From the NCBI GenBank assembly GCA_964035545.1, contig CAXIUT010000230.1, positions 1,612,001 through 1,676,000 of the forward strand: a stretch of 64,000 nucleotides of DNA, in the 5' to 3' direction. Of this stretch, positions 61,578 through 64,000 are shown one piece after another; positions within the stretch are counted from its first letter, which is position 1; each line of letters begins with the position of its first letter. A program made the position numbers and the translations under genes. Below the pieces are notes generated by a model. The model saw only the letters and a list, made by a program, of their open reading frames with translations, made no database searches and was not told where the DNA came from. This DNA is from Bugula neritina (taxonomy: Eukaryota > Animalia > Bryozoa).

Positions 61578-64000
61578 ACGTACGCAAAATACTGAAATAC
61601 GCTGCAACATACTGTAATATACTGCAAGATACTGCAAAACACTGAGTACACTGTGTCATACTGAAATACACTGAAAAATATTGATATACACTGCAACACC
61701 TTGAAAAATACTGCAACATACTTAAACATACGGCAACATACTAAAATACACTATAACATATTGAAATATACTGCAACATACTAAAATACACTAAAACATA
61801 TTGAAATATGCTGTAGCATACTGAAATATACTGCCACACACTGAAGTATACTGTAATATACAGAAATGCACTGTAACATACTGTAACATACTGGAACATA
61901 CGGCAACATACTGAAATGTACTGCAACATACTGAAAAATACTGCAACAAAGTGCAACGTACTGAAGTACACTGTAACATATTGAAATACACTGCGACACA
62001 TTAAAATATACTGTAACATACTGAAATATACTTCAACATACTGCAACATACTAAACTACACTGTAACATACTGAAATACATTGCAACACATTGAAATATA
62101 CTGCAACATACTGAAACATACTGCAACATACTGAAATATACTGCAACATAGTGAATTACACTATGACATATTGAAACATACCGCAACATACGGAAATGTA
62201 GTGTAATATACAGAAATGAACTGAAACATACTGAAATATACTGTAACACACTGAAACATACTCTAACATACTGAAATAGACTGTAACATACTGAAATATA
62301 CTGCAACATGCTGAAATGTACTGCAACATACTGAAGTATACTGCAAGATAGTGCAATGTACTGAAATACACTGTAAAATACTGAAATACACTGCAACACA
62401 TTGAAATATACTGCAATATAACGAAATAAATGGTGAACTAGTGGAATATACTGTAACACAATGAAATTGACTGCAAGATACTGAAATATACTGTAACATA
62501 CTGAAATGTGCTGCCACATACTGAAACATACGGCAACATACCGAAATAAAATGCGACACGTTGAAAATTACTGCAACATACTGAAATATACTGCAAGTGG
62601 TGCATCATACTGAAATACATTGTGACACATTGAAATACACTGCAACATACCGCAACATACCACAACATACTGAAATATACTGCGACGCAATAAAATATAC
62701 TGCAACATACTGAAGTATACTGCAACATACTGCAACATACTAAAATACACTGCAACATACTGAAATACATTGCAACACATTAAAACATACTGCAACATAC
62801 TGAAACGTACTGCAACATACTGAAATATACTGCAACATACTGAAATACTCTATAACATATTGAAATATACTGCAACATACTGAATTACACTCTAACATAC
62901 TTAAATATGCTGTAGCCTACTGAAATACACTGCAACACATTGAAATATACTGCAGCATACCGAAATGAATGGTAAACTAACGAAATAAACTGTAACATAT
63001 TTAAACATACCGGAACATACTGCAACATAATAAAATATACTGTAACACACTGAAATATACTGCAAGATACTGAAATTTACTGCAACATACTGAAACGTAC
63101 GCAACATACTGAAATACGCTGCAACATACTGTAATATCCTGCAAGATACTGCAAAACACTGAGTACACTGTGTCATACTGAAATACACTGCAACATACTG
63201 CAAGATACTGCTACATACTGAATTAGACTGTAACATATTGAAATACACTGCATCATACTGCAACATACTGAAATACACTGAAAAATATTGATATACACTG
63301 CAACATATTGAAATTTACTGCAAAATACTGAAACATAAGGCAACATACTGAAATATACTGCGACACGTTGAAATAAACTGCAACATACTAAAATATACTC
63401 CAACATACTGCAACTTCCTAAAATACACTGTAACATACTGAAATACACTGCATTACATTGAAAATTACTGCAACATACTGAAGCATACGGCAACATACTG
63501 AAATATACTGCAACATACTGAAATACACTATAACATATTGAAATATACTGCAACATACTGAAATACACTAAAACATATTGAAACATGCTGTAGCATACTG
63601 AAATACACTGCAACAAACTGGTGTATACTGTTATATACAGAAATGTATTGTAACATACTGAAGTATGCTACAAGATACTGAAATATACTGTAACATACCG
63701 AAACGTACGCAACATACTGAAATACGCTGCAACATACTGAAATATACTGCAAGATTCTGCAACATACTGAAATACACTATAACATATTGAAATATACTGC
63801 AACATACTGAATTACACTCTTACAAACTGAAATATGCTGTAGCATACTGAATTACACTGCAACACACTGAAGTATACTGTAATATACTGAAATGTACTGC
63901 GACATACTGAATTATACTGCGACATACTGCAACATACTTAAATACACTGTAACATAATGAAATATGCTGTAGCACACTGAAATACACTGCAAAACACTGA

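Larger units (their letters stand above)
51080..63777 (+). repeat. ~2.1-kb duplicated block at offset 10607 (~51080-53170 and ~61687-63777)
   Basis: ORF pairs 51394/62001, 51549/62156, 51831/62438, 52294/62901. Confidence 0.85.
38095..64000 (+). repeat. 10-bp satellite, right segment (mosaic of shuffled sub-kb to kb modules)
   Basis: Same monomers and orientation up to the window end; landmark motifs recur at irregular spacings. Confidence 0.99.

Noticed and set aside
414-63752. Hundreds of minus-strand ORFs (MLQYISVCCS-type, up to 412 aa at 48396-49634)
   Set aside because: They overlap in all three frames, cycle with the 10-bp period, are frameshifted by 9-bp units and show no domain or codon structure. 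They follow directly from a stop-free repeat strand.
1-64000. CRISPR array or prokaryotic repeat system
   Set aside because: No constant repeat with unique spacers, no cas genes and no bacterial gene structure.
1-64000. Telomerase-made telomeric repeat (strand-biased 10-mer)
   Set aside because: No G-runs, highly degenerate monomers, kb-scale HORs and internal transposons indicate a recombination-maintained satellite.

Overview
Non-coding, eukaryotic-looking heterochromatin. About 62.5 of the 64 kb is one single-orientation array of a degenerate 10-bp satellite. It has two monomer classes, CTGCAACATA/CTGTAACATA and CTGAAATATA/CTGAAATACA, most often alternating as a 20-bp dimer. Kilobase-scale higher-order duplications overlie this: an ordered ~4.2-kb HOR arranged as an 8.48-kb A-B dimer at 4.9-19 kb, 2.2-3.1-kb units at 18-28 kb, a 2.8-kb tandem pair at 33-39 kb, and a shuffled mosaic from 39 kb onward. 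Two non-autonomous DNA transposons interrupt the array. One is a 756-bp CACAG...CTGTG element with 19-bp perfect TIRs and a TA duplication (30137-30892). The other is a 689-bp piggyBac-type element with a TTAA duplication (37406-38094). Empty paralogous target sites for both are present in the window, and both landed ~50 bp apart in the same recurrent satellite module. No credible protein-coding gene, RNA gene or CRISPR array was found; the hundreds of ORFs are artefacts of a stop-free repeat strand. The organism cannot be determined. HOR boundaries were read by eye and from ORF-track offsets, so they are approximate.
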